Source: an uncultured Gemmatimonadales bacterium (GTDB lineage Bacteria; Gemmatimonadota; Gemmatimonadetes; Gemmatimonadales; GWC2-71-9). Taken from it: a stretch of DNA of 64,000 nucleotides. Of this stretch, positions 1 to 9,925 are shown piece by piece. The notes under the pieces were generated by a model, which did no database searches, was not told the DNA's origin, and saw only the letters and a list, made by a program, of their open reading frames with translations. A program made the translations under genes and the position numbers. Each line of letters opens with the position of its first letter. Within the stretch, counting starts at the first letter, position 1. The stretch lies in contig CAVSTR010000004.1 in assembly GCA_963730915.1 (NCBI GenBank), forward strand, positions 215,014 through 279,013, written 5' to 3'.

Positions 1-432
1 GCTGCCGCGGCCGCCCCCCTCGAAGATCCCCGGCCCGCCCAGCAACCGATAGATAGCGTAGACACCTCCCGCCACTACGCCACCCACGAACCCGGTTCCT
101 CCCAGGGAGAAGCGACGCTGTTGCAGTCCGGACACCGCCTTTCGCGGTATCCTGACCGGCTCGCCAGTCCAATCGGTCTGCCATCCCCGCGCGGCTTCCA
201 CTTGCAGGACGGACAGCTCGATGGTGCTGGAATCCACCCGCAGCACTTCTCCTTCAACATGCTCGATCGCGGGACCGATGGTTCCCGACAAATCCCGCGC
301 ACCCTCATCGGTGAGCTCGGCCGAAACCCTGCTACCTGGCTCAGGCTCGGCGGTGGTAAGCGGCCGGTAGGTGTAGCAGCCGCCTACCAGGACAAGGATG
401 GTACAAGTCAGCAATCTCGCGGCGGATTTCAT
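1..432 (-). CDS. hypothetical lipoprotein, partial (3' end runs off the window)
   Basis: Own translation of the minus strand from ATG (complement of 430-432): MKSAARLLTCTILVLVGGCYTYRPL... The signal peptide has a lipobox Cys. The frame stays open to position 1, so it is missing from the ORF track (no stop in window). Confidence 0.5.
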   Translation of the reverse strand, partial: MKSAARLLTCTILVLVGGCYTYRPLTTAEPEPGSRVSAELTDEGARDLSGTIGPAIEHVEGEVLRVDSSTIELSVLQVEAARGWQTDWTGEPVRIPRKAVSGLQQRRFSLGGTGFVGGVVAGGVYAIYRLLGGPGIFEGGGRGS

Positions 433-508
433 AGGTGCAACCTGTGAGGATCCGGCCGGCCAGACCGCCGGCGAAGGGCCGGCGATCTGCCATCCGGAGT
501 GATTCCGA

Positions 509-2072
509 TCAGTTTGCCAACGGTGCCGATGTGGTGTAGTTCAAAGCCGGGCACGCCGCAGGATCGTTCCGATTGAAGCCGGTCGGCGGAACTATCGGCG
601 TATTCGGATTCGCATTGATCTCGGTGACACCGTAGGGGATTCGGCCCGGAATCGGAGTGGGGCTCGGGTCGGCGCTGCCCAACGGCGGAGCCGGAGCCAG
701 CGCCGGCAGACAGGTCCGCTTGTAATCGCTCCACACTTCGATGTTCAGGAAGAGCGCCACGTACTTCTCTTCCATGATGTTCTCCAACGTGGCCGGCACC
801 GGGGCCAATGGTGGAAACGCGACGATGGCTGCCCCGCGAGCGCCGTACGCGCGATTGGCTCGTGCGGCATCCAGAAAGGGCTGTGCGGCCCCTTGGCCAC
901 CCACCTGAAAAGCTGCCTCCGCCCCGATCAACTGGTTCTCGGCGTAGGTGACCACCGGCTGGCGGAAGTCGCCGGCATCGATGTTGGCGTTGGCGAAGTT
1001 GAAATCTGAGTAGCGACCAGTCGCAGAGCCGTTTCCGGGATCGATTCCGGGTGCGGTGTTCAAGCCGGTACTGCCGGCGGGACGATAGCCGAAGAAATCC
1101 GCGGGCGCACCGACCGCGTCGGCAGGCGGAACGAAGTAAAAGTTGAGCCGGGCATCGTCCTCTACTCCCGCCGCGATCCTCCGCTTCATCAGTCTCGACC
1201 ATGGCGGCGCCCGGGGCGATGTCAGTCCGCGTGGCATGGAACTGATACCAGATGTTGTTCCCGTTCGGCGTGGCGTCGTGATACCAGTTCATGTCGTTCG
1301 CCGGCGAGCTGATCCCGAGAGGTACTTCGGCCAGAGCCAGCGCATAGTTGGCGGGATCCACCTCCGCCAGGTGCATGTAGTATCGAGCCTTCAGCGTGTG
1401 GGCTACTTCGGTGTAAACTGTCCGAAGGTCCTCCACGGTGCGGCCGCCGTAGATGAGCTCCGCGTTGTCCTGCGGAGGTCCCAGATTCGACAGCCCCGCA
1501 GCGGGCAGGTAGACGTTGATTGCTGAATCGAGATGCGTGATCACATCGGCGTAGACCTGGAGCTGGGAGTCGAAGGCTGGGGTCTCGTTGAGGGAATCGG
1601 CTGCTTGCCGATAGGGTATGTCCCCCCACATATCCGCGGCCATTCCCATGACCAGGGCCTCGTACACTTTTCCGATGCCGATGTAGGTCGAGTCTCCCAG
1701 CTTTGCGGCCAACTGCTGCATCTTCCGTATGTCCAGCAGTCCCCCACCACCGCTGAGGGTGCGGTTGGAACCGTACACAGAGATCCACTCGGGATCGATG
1801 GTGACGGGGTCCATGCCATAGCGATCAAACCCGATGCTCTGGCGAGAAAACCCTGATACCTGCTGGGTGTACTCCGCCGCAAGCCGGCCCAGCTGGCCTT
1901 CGAATTGAACCGACTGAGCCGCCTGGATGCCGATGTAGATCGGTCCTGGCCGGCTGAGGTTCAGGATGTTGTTCGGGTCCTCATCCACGCCGGGACCCGA
2001 GAGGAAGTCGTTGCACCCTGCCGCTCCCACAACGAGCGTGAGGCCCAGCAGCGACTTGACGATGTTTTTCAT
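509..2072 (-). CDS. SusD/RagB-family outer-membrane lipoprotein, split by one frameshift near 1200
   Basis: N-terminal part in ORF 429..2108 from internal Met MKNIVKSLLGLTLVVGAAGCNDF (lipobox). C-terminal part in ORF 509..1237 (RLNFYFVPP...YAENQLIGAEAAF...EEKYVALFLNIEVWSDYKR). It sits 32 nt downstream of the SusC-like gene, the usual pairing. Confidence 0.8.
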
Positions 2073-2104
2073 GGCTGAACTCTCCCTGAAAGTCGCGCTG
2101 AGTT

Positions 2105-5100
2105 TCAACGGTTGAGAGTGACGGAGAACACGTATGATCGGCCCTGCGGATTGTTGAAGTAGTCGATTCCGCGAACCGCCGTGGCTGCACCGAGCAGCGA
2201 CGTCTCAGGATCGACGCCGGTGTACTTGGTCCAGGTGACCAGGTTGCGACCCGCCACTCTCAGGTCGATGCTGCCGAAGCCAAGCACCCGACTGACCCAT
2301 GCCTGGTCGAAGGTGTACCCCAGCGAGATTTCGCGGAGCTTCACGAAGCCTGCGTCCTCAGTGAAAGCGGAGACCGGGCCGTTGAAAATGCCGCCGGGTC
2401 CAGTGAACCAGGCTTCCGCCAGGGGTACCGCCTTGCCGGCCCCGGGCCCAGCCACAGGCTGGTCACTGAGATAGGTCTGGCCGAAGACGTAGTCCCCGCC
2501 GTCCCGGTAGACCTGAGATTCCTTGCTGGTACCGAAGTGATTCATGCGCGCCGCGGGTGCCGTTGTAGGCCTTGCCGCCGTGCCGGATATCCAGGAGACC
2601 ACCAACCGAGAACTTCTTGACTCGAACGGAGGTCCGCACCGAGCCGGTCCATCTGGGATTGGGATCGGCAAGAACGTAGGCGCCGGCCGCGTCGAGCTGA
2701 GCGTACCCGCTGGTATCGATGTACAGCGCGCCGCCCGGGGCGCCGAGGCATTCACCGGCAGTGTTGTCGATGTCGATGTTATTGACCGTGAGCCCGCGGC
2801 CGCAGCGCACGTAGTCCGTGCCGTAATACACACCCAGAGGCTGTCCTTCGACGGCGACGCCCTGGATGCCCAGGCCATTGGTGCCTCCGCTGAACGGGAA
2901 CGGTGCGAACTGCACGCCCGCCAGATCGGTCACCCGGCTCCGGTTCTGCGCCCACTGCAACCCGACGTCCCATGATAGATCACGCGTGGTTATGGGCCGG
3001 ATATTCAGCGCCACCTCGACGCCGATGTTTCTCAGCGATGCGGCGTTGGCAGGCTTCTCGGTGTAACCCGAGCTCCCGGCGACGGGAATGTTGAGGATGA
3101 CGTCGGTAGAGCGCTGGCGATAATACGTGACGCCGAAGTCCGCTTTGTCCTGCAGCAGGCCCAAGTCGAAGCCGGCCTCGAACTCCTTCACCCGCTCCGG
3201 CCCCAGCTTCGTGGTCGGCACGTTGTACCGGGTGATCAGCCCGCCGACTCCGCCCTGCTGAGTCGAGCCGGACGGTCCCCAGCCGCCATCGGTAATGGCA
3301 CCAGAGACGAGCACGCTTTGCAGCAGATACGGAGCTGGCTGAGTGCCGCTCTCCCCGTACGCGGCGCGCAGCTTGCCGAACGTCAGTACCCGATTGGCTC
3401 CTTCTTCACCGCGATAGAAGGTCCAGGCAGCGCTGCCCTTGGGGAACCAGTTCCGGCGGTTATCCAGGCCGAAGCTCGAGGCCCCGTCGTTGCGCAATGC
3501 TGCCGTGAGGAAGAGCTGGCCGAACAGATCCGCGGTTGCCTGCGCGAAGTAGGATTCCAGTCGCGTGGTCTGCTTGAAATCGTAGGGCGGAAGCTGCTGG
3601 GCAGTGTTGGCCAGGTTGAACGGCTGCGGCGCGATCAGGTCGGTCCCGAGCGTCTGCCGTGTCTGGTACGTCTGGGAATTCAGATTCTGGCCGACTGTCA
3701 CCGAGCCGGACCACGACGGATTCACCTTGTACTGGGCCGTGGCGGTCAGGTTGTGGTCCAGCTGCGAGGTTCTGATGTAGCCCGCGTTCACGCCCCCAAC
3801 TCCGTTGATGCCGGTGATCGTCGAGTTGGAGTTCTGCCAGGGATATCCTTGGGTCCGCTCATCGTTGGCGTAGTCCAATCCCAGCGTGTAGTTGAAGCTG
3901 AGCCAGGAAGTCGCCGTGAACTCGGCGTTGACGCCGCCGAACGTGCGGCCGACCTTCGAGTTGGCCGGTGCCTCGTTGGCAACGAAGAATGGGTTGTCGT
4001 ACCCACGGGTGCCTTTCTCGGCGCCCGGTCCCGGGTTGGGGAAGCGATAGCTGCGGTGCTGGCCGTTGGTTGGGTCCAGATACGGCAGGTTGTTGAAGTC
4101 CGGCGGCGTGCGCCACGCACCGAGCAGCAGCCCATCGGTGCTGTTCCTGCTAACAACGAAGCCGCCGTCGCCATCGGTATACGCGACGTTGGCTCCGATC
4201 TTCAGGTTGTCGAAGACCCGGTGGGAGCCGTTGAAGCGAACCGCGATCCTCTGGTAATAGTTGCTCGGACCGACGACGATCCCGCGGTCATAGTTGTAGC
4301 CACCCGAGAGGAAGAACGTCGTGCGATCGTTTCCGCCCGATATGGTCAGATTGTTATCGGTGCCATAACCAGTCTGAAGCATCTCGTCGGAGTGATCGAA
4401 CGTCGGAGTGCCGGTGCCGGTGAGGTCGGGACCCCAGCTCGCTGCCGAGGGGAAGCCGACGAAGCAGTTGATCGCGGCGCCCGGCACGCAGGCAGGAGTG
4501 ACCCCTCCGCGGCCAAGGCCATATTTCCTCTGAAACTCGGGGAGCCGTCCCGGCCGGTTGAGCGAGACTGAGCTCCGCAGCGAATACTTGGTGGGCCCCG
4601 GCCGGCCGCGCTTGGTCGTAATCATGATTACGCCCTGTCCTGCGCGCGAGCCGTAGATCGCACCCGAGGCCGCGCCCTTCAGAATTTCCACGTTCTCGAT
4701 GTCGCCCGGATTGATGTCGATGGCCCGATTGGAGGGCGACGCGCTGCTGTTGAGAGATCCGTTCGCGATGTTGTTGTAGGTGATCGTGTTGTCGATCGGC
4801 ACTCCGTCGACCACGAAGAGCGGCTGGCCGTCTTGCGCGGTGATGGTGGTCAAGCCTCGGACCTGGATGAATGAAGAGGCGCCGGGGTCTCCCGAGCTCG
4901 AAGTCACTTCCACGTTTGGTGCCTTGGCCGCCAGGGCGTTCACGACGTTCTGCTCGTTGCTCCGAACAATGGAGAGCGAGTCCACGCTGCTCCGCCCGGT
5001 GCCGAGCTTCTCTACTTCACTCACCGTACCGGCTCCGGTGACCACCAGCTCGCCGAGCTGAAGCGGGTTATCCGGCAAGGTGAAGTCCTGTACTGCGGAT

Positions 5101-5423
5101 CCGGTACTCAGATTCACCTGGGCTGTGCTGGCCTTGTAGCCCACAAGCCGGGCCGTCACTGTGACTGGTCCGGATGGCACCCGTGCCCCGGGCACGATGA
5201 TGGTGTAACTGCCGTCCGGGCGGGTGACCGCTCCGACGCTCAGCTGCTCTATGATGACGCCGGCTGAGCCGAGCGGCTGACCCGCCTCTCCCGTGACCCT
5301 TCCGGTGAGTGTTGCGGGCTGCTGGCCAACCGCTGCACGTGGCAGAAGCGCCACCATCGCAGCGACGACCACCGGCACCAGCAGACTCGGGACTCGCAAC
5401 CAACCCAACAATGATTGTGGCAT
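2105..5423 (-). CDS. SusC-type TonB-dependent receptor with carboxypeptidase-regulatory-like N-domain, one frameshift near 2550
   Basis: ORF 2463..5531 from internal Met MPQSLLGWLRV (signal), then TGRVTGEAGQPL...RPDGSYTI, plug (IEILKGAASGAIYGSRAGQGVIMITTKRG) and barrel. The C-terminal barrel end is in ORF 2105..2878 (...LREISLGYTF...GRNLVTWTKYTGVDPE...YVFSVTLNR). Confidence 0.9.
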
Positions 5424-5506
5424 GTCTTGCCTCCGTGTGGCGCTCGATAGCTGTGACGACGAATCATCGGCTTCCGGGCTCGTCACCGACCTGGAAGCAC
5501 CGCCCA

Positions 5507-5866
5507 TTACGGACGGAAGCGATATCCCCATGCGAGAGCAGTCAGAATGTGCCGCGGGTTGGCCGGGTCATCTTCGAGCTTCCGGCGCAGCCGGGCGATA
5601 TGGGTGTCGACTGCGCGTCGGCTGACTGCGGCGCTGGCTCCCCACACCTCGCGAAGCAGCTCCATCCGCGATGCGATTGCACCCCGGCGTCGCATCAGCG
5701 CGAGAAGAAGCCGGAACTCCGTGCCGGTCACGCGTACCGGTTGTCCTCCCCGCAGAACCGTCTGGGTGGCAGGCTCCAGAAGGACGCTGCCGAAGCGAAT
5801 CGTTCCAGCCAGTCCTGTAGCAGCACCGGCGGGGAGGCCGCGGGTTCTTCGCAGCAGCTCTTCCAC
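5507..5866 (-). CDS. OmpR/PhoB-type winged-helix DNA-binding protein; a degenerate receiver-like region lies upstream in the same frame
   Basis: ORF 5507..5866: GQPVRVTGTEFRLLLALMRRRGAIASRMELLREVWG...VDTHIARLRRKLEDDP...ILTALAWGYRF is the Trans_reg_C pattern. The same frame upstream (to about 6110) reads RILIIDDQDKAGYEV...ELIARVEELLRR but has no ATG/GTG/TTG. Confidence 0.7.
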   Translation of the reverse strand: MEELLRRTRGLPAGAATGLAGTIRFGSVLLEPATQTVLRGGQPVRVTGTEFRLLLALMRRRGAIASRMELLREVWGASAAVSRRAVDTHIARLRRKLEDDPANPRHILTALAWGYRFRP

Positions 5867-6359
5867 TCGGGCAATCAGCTCGCGTACGACCGATGCGTCA
5901 GCGTGTCCGGCACCGTTCAGTTCACCGGGACGAGCGAGATCTGCTTCCCCGCTTTCGACGGGGAGCGGAGTGGGGACCTGAAACTCATGAATGACCGGCC
6001 GTGTTTCTTCGATCGCATCGAGCGGTGCGACCCCATCAAGAGTCGGCGAGGCAGCCGTGGGATCGACCTCGTATCCTGCTTTATCCTGATCGTCGATGAT
6101 GAGAATTCGCGTAACGCCTCCATCGTGGGCGCCGCAGCCGAGGGCCCAGGGAGCTGTGGTCGGAGGTATGTCGGTGCCGACACCGGCTGAGGCCGAGTGA
6201 CTCGAGGGTTACGATAGAATGCGATGATGGGCGGAGGAACAGATTGGGAGCGGAATGCTTCTCCCACACCGTGAAGTGCCGGATCGGTGGTACGAAGTGA
6301 AATCAGGAAGGAGTGGCAGCGACCATTTTGTCACACTGCCGGTGTTTCAAAAGCGAGCG

Positions 6360-6716
6360 TCAGGCCGGCGCGGATTCTCCCGGCGTCTCAGCCTTTAACG
6401 ATTCCAGTCGACGCGCGATCGCTTCGGCCCTGAGATCGAAGTGCGAGCCGTGCCAGGCGGGAACGCCGGCTTTCAGGATGATGGCCTGAGGTGAAGCATG
6501 AACGACGCCGACGCGCTCTGCGATGTACCGAGAGAGGGGCCGGGAATGGATCACATCAACCAGATACACCGGAACGTCGCCATGCAGGCGGCGCAGTGCG
6601 CTCATCTCTTCATAGGCAATGCCGCTGGTGGGGCAGATGGGACTGTGTTTGTAGACAACCGCGAGTGGCTCGGAGAGGGCTGAAGCGACATCGGCTTCGG
6701 TAGACATCTTGCGCAT
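6360..6716 (-). CDS. ytxJ: YtxJ-like monothiol thioredoxin-fold protein (bacillithiol-system family)
   Basis: 118 aa. YKHSPICPTS matches the single-Cys KHS-x-x-CP-x-S motif of the YtxJ/DUF2847 family as I remember it. Confidence 0.65.
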   Translation of the reverse strand: MRKMSTEADVASALSEPLAVVYKHSPICPTSGIAYEEMSALRRLHGDVPVYLVDVIHSRPLSRYIAERVGVVHASPQAIILKAGVPAWHGSHFDLRAEAIARRLESLKAETPGESAPA

Positions 6717-6748
6717 GCGTCTAAGCTAGCCGTATTCCGGGTCGCCTT

Positions 6749-9001
6749 CTACGTCAGGCGCATGCGTTCGAGCAGACGCTTAAACCGATCGTCGCCGTGG
6801 AGCGGCTGCAGCATCGGCTCTATCCTCAAATAGGCCAGCCAGCCGCGCCTCTCGGCGTAGGCGCGCTCCAGTCCGTCGAATGCCGAGTCGAAATCGGCCA
6901 GTGCAACGTGGAGCCCCACCATCGGAACCGGAGACACATACTGCGAGCGGGCGCGATCCTGCAAATCGTGCAGGACCTTCTGTGCTTCGTCCAGCCGCCC
7001 ACGCCGGGCGGCTACATGGCCAAGGCCGGCAATGGCCAGCACCGGATTACCGGAGTTGGCGATGGCTTCACGGAAGGCCGCGGCCGCGTCATCATATCTG
7101 CCCTGTTGCAGGTACACGAGAGCCAGCAGCCGATGGGTCTCCTCCGCGGTTGGATCCATCGTGAGGGCCCGGCGGAGGTTCTCGAGCGCGGCGTCGGACT
7201 GGCGGGAGTAATACTGCAGCCATCCGAGGCTCCGGCGAATGGAGACCGAGCCGGTATCCAGCTCGACCGCAACCCGCCCTTCGGCCAATGCTTCGTCGAA
7301 GCGTCCCATCGCCATCAGGTACCAGGCGTACCACTGCCGTGCAGTCGAGTAGCGGGGGTTGAGCTCGATTGCCCGGCGAAACTCCCGATCCGCTGCCCTC
7401 CAGTCCCAATCATAGATGAATGTGACCCACCCCAGCGACGTGTGCGCCTCGGCCAGGGTCTCATCCAGCTCGATCGCCTTCCGCGCTTCTGCTTTTGCGC
7501 GCTCCATCCCCTCGACCACCGGAACGCCGCGATAATCGAGGTCCAGTGCGTACGAGTCGGCCAGGCCGCTGTATGCCAAGGCATAGCCGGGATCCTCTGC
7601 GATGGCCTGCTCGAAGTACCGGATTCCTTCTGCGATGTCAGCCTGAGTTCGGCGATTCCACCAGAAGCGGCCCTTGAGGTAGAGGCTGTACGCACGAACA
7701 TTCGCGGTGTAACGCACCGGGGTAGGATCCGCTAAATCCCCAAGCAGGGTGGAGCGAAGCGTCCGTACGATGGTGCCGGCGATCTCGTCCTGGATCGCGA
7801 ATACATCCGCCATCTCGCGATCGTACCGCTCAGACCAGAGCGTCCGACCGTCCCTCACGCCGGTGAGCTGCACCGTTATCCGGATCTGGTTTCCGGCTTT
7901 TCGGACCGTGCCCTCGAGCACCGTTGAAACGTTGAGCCTGGCGCCGAGCGCCCGCACATCTTCCCGCACGTTCTTGAGGGCGAAGACCGACGTGCGCGAA
8001 GCCACTCGCAGACCTTCGACCTTCGTGAGCGCGGTGATCAGCTCGTCGGTCATGCCGTCGCTGAAGTACTCATTCTCCGGATCGGCGCTGGCGTTTACGA
8101 ACGGAAGCACGGCGATTGCCCGGCTCTCGGGCTCGGAGGCGAGCGGCATCGTCACGGGAGCCGGTGTTACCAACGCCTCGCAGAAATCGGCCATAGCGGA
8201 AAAGCGATCTTCAGGGGCCTTCGCCAGCGCTCTCGTGAGCGCCAGCTCCACTGCGACAGGAACGGTGGGGCGGAGAGATCTGATCGAAGGGGCCGGCTCG
8301 ATGGCGTGCCTCGCCATGGTGGCTCTGGCGCTGGAGCCCGAGAATGGCGGCTGTCCGGTCAGCATCTCGAACAGCACGCAGGCAAGGCTGTAGAGATCAC
8401 TTCGGCCATCCAGATCGCGCTCCGCGCTGGCCTGCTCCGGGCTCATGTAGGCGGGCGTTCCGACGGCAAAGCCCCGGTCGGTGATGTAGATGTTCTCACC
8501 GGCTGCGGCGGAGATGGCGGTGGCCACCCCGAAGTCGGCCACCACCGGCTCGCCTTCCTGCAGCAGGATGTTCTCTGGCTTTATGTCGCGATGAATGACG
8601 TTGTGACGATGGGCGTAGGCGAGCGCGGCACCGACGGCGCGAGCCACCCGCAGCGCGACGTCGATAGGGAGCGGTCCCTCCCGCTCGAGGCGGTCGCGAA
8701 GTGTTTCACAACCGGCATATGGCATGACGAAATACAGCAGGCCGTCACACTCACCCGAGTCGTGGACCGGTAGGATCTGCGGATGGGACAGCCGCGCGGC
8801 AATGCGGATCTCGCGCAGAAATCGCTGCGGCTCATACGACTGGGACGCTCCGCTCGGCACCAGCACCTTGATGGCGACCTTGCGCGCGTGCTTCAGGTCT
8901 TCGGCGAGGTACACGGCTGCCATGCCGCCGCGACCGATTTCCTCCTCGATCCGGTAGCGGTCAGCTATGGCTTCTCGCAGGCGCTCAGGAAATGCAGGCA
9001 T
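6749..9001 (-). CDS. Ser/Thr protein kinase with C-terminal TPR repeats
   Basis: From internal Met MPAFPERLREAIADRYRIEEEIGRGGMAAVYLAEDLKHARKVAIKVL, HRDIKPENILL, DFG, GTPAYMSPEQ. Then AVLPFVNASADPENEYFSDGMTDELI and several TPR-like repeats. The upstream 105 codons of ORF 6749..9316 look non-coding. Confidence 0.9.
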   Translation of the reverse strand: MPAFPERLREAIADRYRIEEEIGRGGMAAVYLAEDLKHARKVAIKVLVPSGASQSYEPQRFLREIRIAARLSHPQILPVHDSGECDGLLYFVMPYAGCETLRDRLEREGPLPIDVALRVARAVGAALAYAHRHNVIHRDIKPENILLQEGEPVVADFGVATAISAAAGENIYITDRGFAVGTPAYMSPEQASAERDLDGRSDLYSLACVLFEMLTGQPPFSGSSARATMARHAIEPAPSIRSLRPTVPVAVELALTRALAKAPEDRFSAMADFCEALVTPAPVTMPLASEPESRAIAVLPFVNASADPENEYFSDGMTDELITALTKVEGLRVASRTSVFALKNVREDVRALGARLNVSTVLEGTVRKAGNQIRITVQLTGVRDGRTLWSERYDREMADVFAIQDEIAGTIVRTLRSTLLGDLADPTPVRYTANVRAYSLYLKGRFWWNRRTQADIAEGIRYFEQAIAEDPGYALAYSGLADSYALDLDYRGVPVVEGMERAKAEARKAIELDETLAEAHTSLGWVTFIYDWDWRAADREFRRAIELNPRYSTARQWYAWYLMAMGRFDEALAEGRVAVELDTGSVSIRRSLGWLQYYSRQSDAALENLRRALTMDPTAEETHRLLALVYLQQGRYDDAAAAFREAIANSGNPVLAIAGLGHVAARRGRLDEAQKVLHDLQDRARSQYVSPVPMVGLHVALADFDSAFDGLERAYAERRGWLAYLRIEPMLQPLHGDDRFKRLLERMRLT

Positions 9002-9024
9002 TCCTGTACAACATACTACGGCGC

Positions 9025-9897
9025 TTACTGGTTTCGTCCCCCGGCCTTCGTATCCTTTGTCTTCGTAGTAACGCCGTTCCGCAGAGTGGTCAGGAAGTCG
9101 GCAATGCTCCCGAAGTAGCGCCCCGAGTCCACCGCAAACGCGTCGGAATGCGTGCCCGCCAGCTCCACCAGAGTCTTCGGGTCTGCCGCGGCCTGGAACA
9201 GGCGGCGTCCGTGGCGCAGCGGGATGACTTCGTCCGCCACTGCATGAAGGAAAAGCTTCGGGGCAGAGACCTGCGGGATCTTGTCGATCGAGCTGAACCG
9301 GGTGCGCGCGATCCATCGTACCGGGATGAAAGGGTAGAGCTCCTGGCCGCGCTGCACCACGGAGACGAGTCCACCCTCGACGATCAGCCCGGCCACCGGT
9401 GTCCGGCTCGCCAGGTCAATCGCGACAGCCGACCCGAGCGAATGGCCGAATACGATGATCTGCTCGGGAGGGATTCCGAGCTTCTCACGGAGATATCGAT
9501 ATGCAGCATCGGCGTCACGGTAGAGGCCACGCTCGCTGGGAGTGCCGGCGCTCTCGCCATACCCGCGGTAATCGAACGCGAAGAGACTGAGGCCGAGCTG
9601 GCGAAGCCCAGCATAGTGCGCCGGACGATCGAATTGAGACAGGTTTCCGGCGTTCCCGTGGCAGACCAGCAGCCAGAACCCGCTCGTCGTGCTGGCTGCG
9701 GGCATGACCCACCCCACCAGCTTTACCCCGTCTTCAGTGGTCAGCTCGGCACGTTCGATGGGAAGTTGGAGGGCCGCGGGAGGAGCAGTGAGTGTGCGTT
9801 CTGCGCCGGGGAAATAGATCAGGCGGGATTCGGCCAGCCACAGCAGCACGATGATCGCGAGGTATAGCAGGACCGCACTTCCGATCAACCACGTCAT
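9025..9897 (-). CDS. alpha/beta hydrolase with N-terminal membrane anchor
   Basis: ORF 9025..9897: TM start MTWLIGSAVLLYLAIIVLLWL, nucleophile elbow GHSLGSAVA, and a late D and H (HAVADEVIP ... GTHSDAF). Confidence 0.8.
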   Translation of the reverse strand: MTWLIGSAVLLYLAIIVLLWLAESRLIYFPGAERTLTAPPAALQLPIERAELTTEDGVKLVGWVMPAASTTSGFWLLVCHGNAGNLSQFDRPAHYAGLRQLGLSLFAFDYRGYGESAGTPSERGLYRDADAAYRYLREKLGIPPEQIIVFGHSLGSAVAIDLASRTPVAGLIVEGGLVSVVQRGQELYPFIPVRWIARTRFSSIDKIPQVSAPKLFLHAVADEVIPLRHGRRLFQAAADPKTLVELAGTHSDAFAVDSGRYFGSIADFLTTLRNGVTTKTKDTKAGGRNQ

Positions 9898-9925
9898 TCG
9901 GCGCCAGGGGCTCGGACATGGTGGA

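Noticed and set aside
3318-4571. 417-aa plus-strand ORF opposite the SusC gene. Similar long antisense ORFs are 6797..7735, 9851..10909, 14240..15274, 17533..18690, 18703..19512, 24426..25241, 26770..27990 and 63049..63753.
   Set aside because: Each lies fully inside, and antisense to, a gene with strong family motifs. The products are Arg/Gly/Pro/Ala-rich with no recognisable motifs. This is the expected stop-codon-poor shadow frame of high-GC coding DNA.
5309-6190. 293-aa plus-strand ORF across the regulator/SusC upstream region
   Set aside because: It is antisense to the winged-helix gene and to the SusC 5' end. The composition is that of a GC shadow frame with no motifs.
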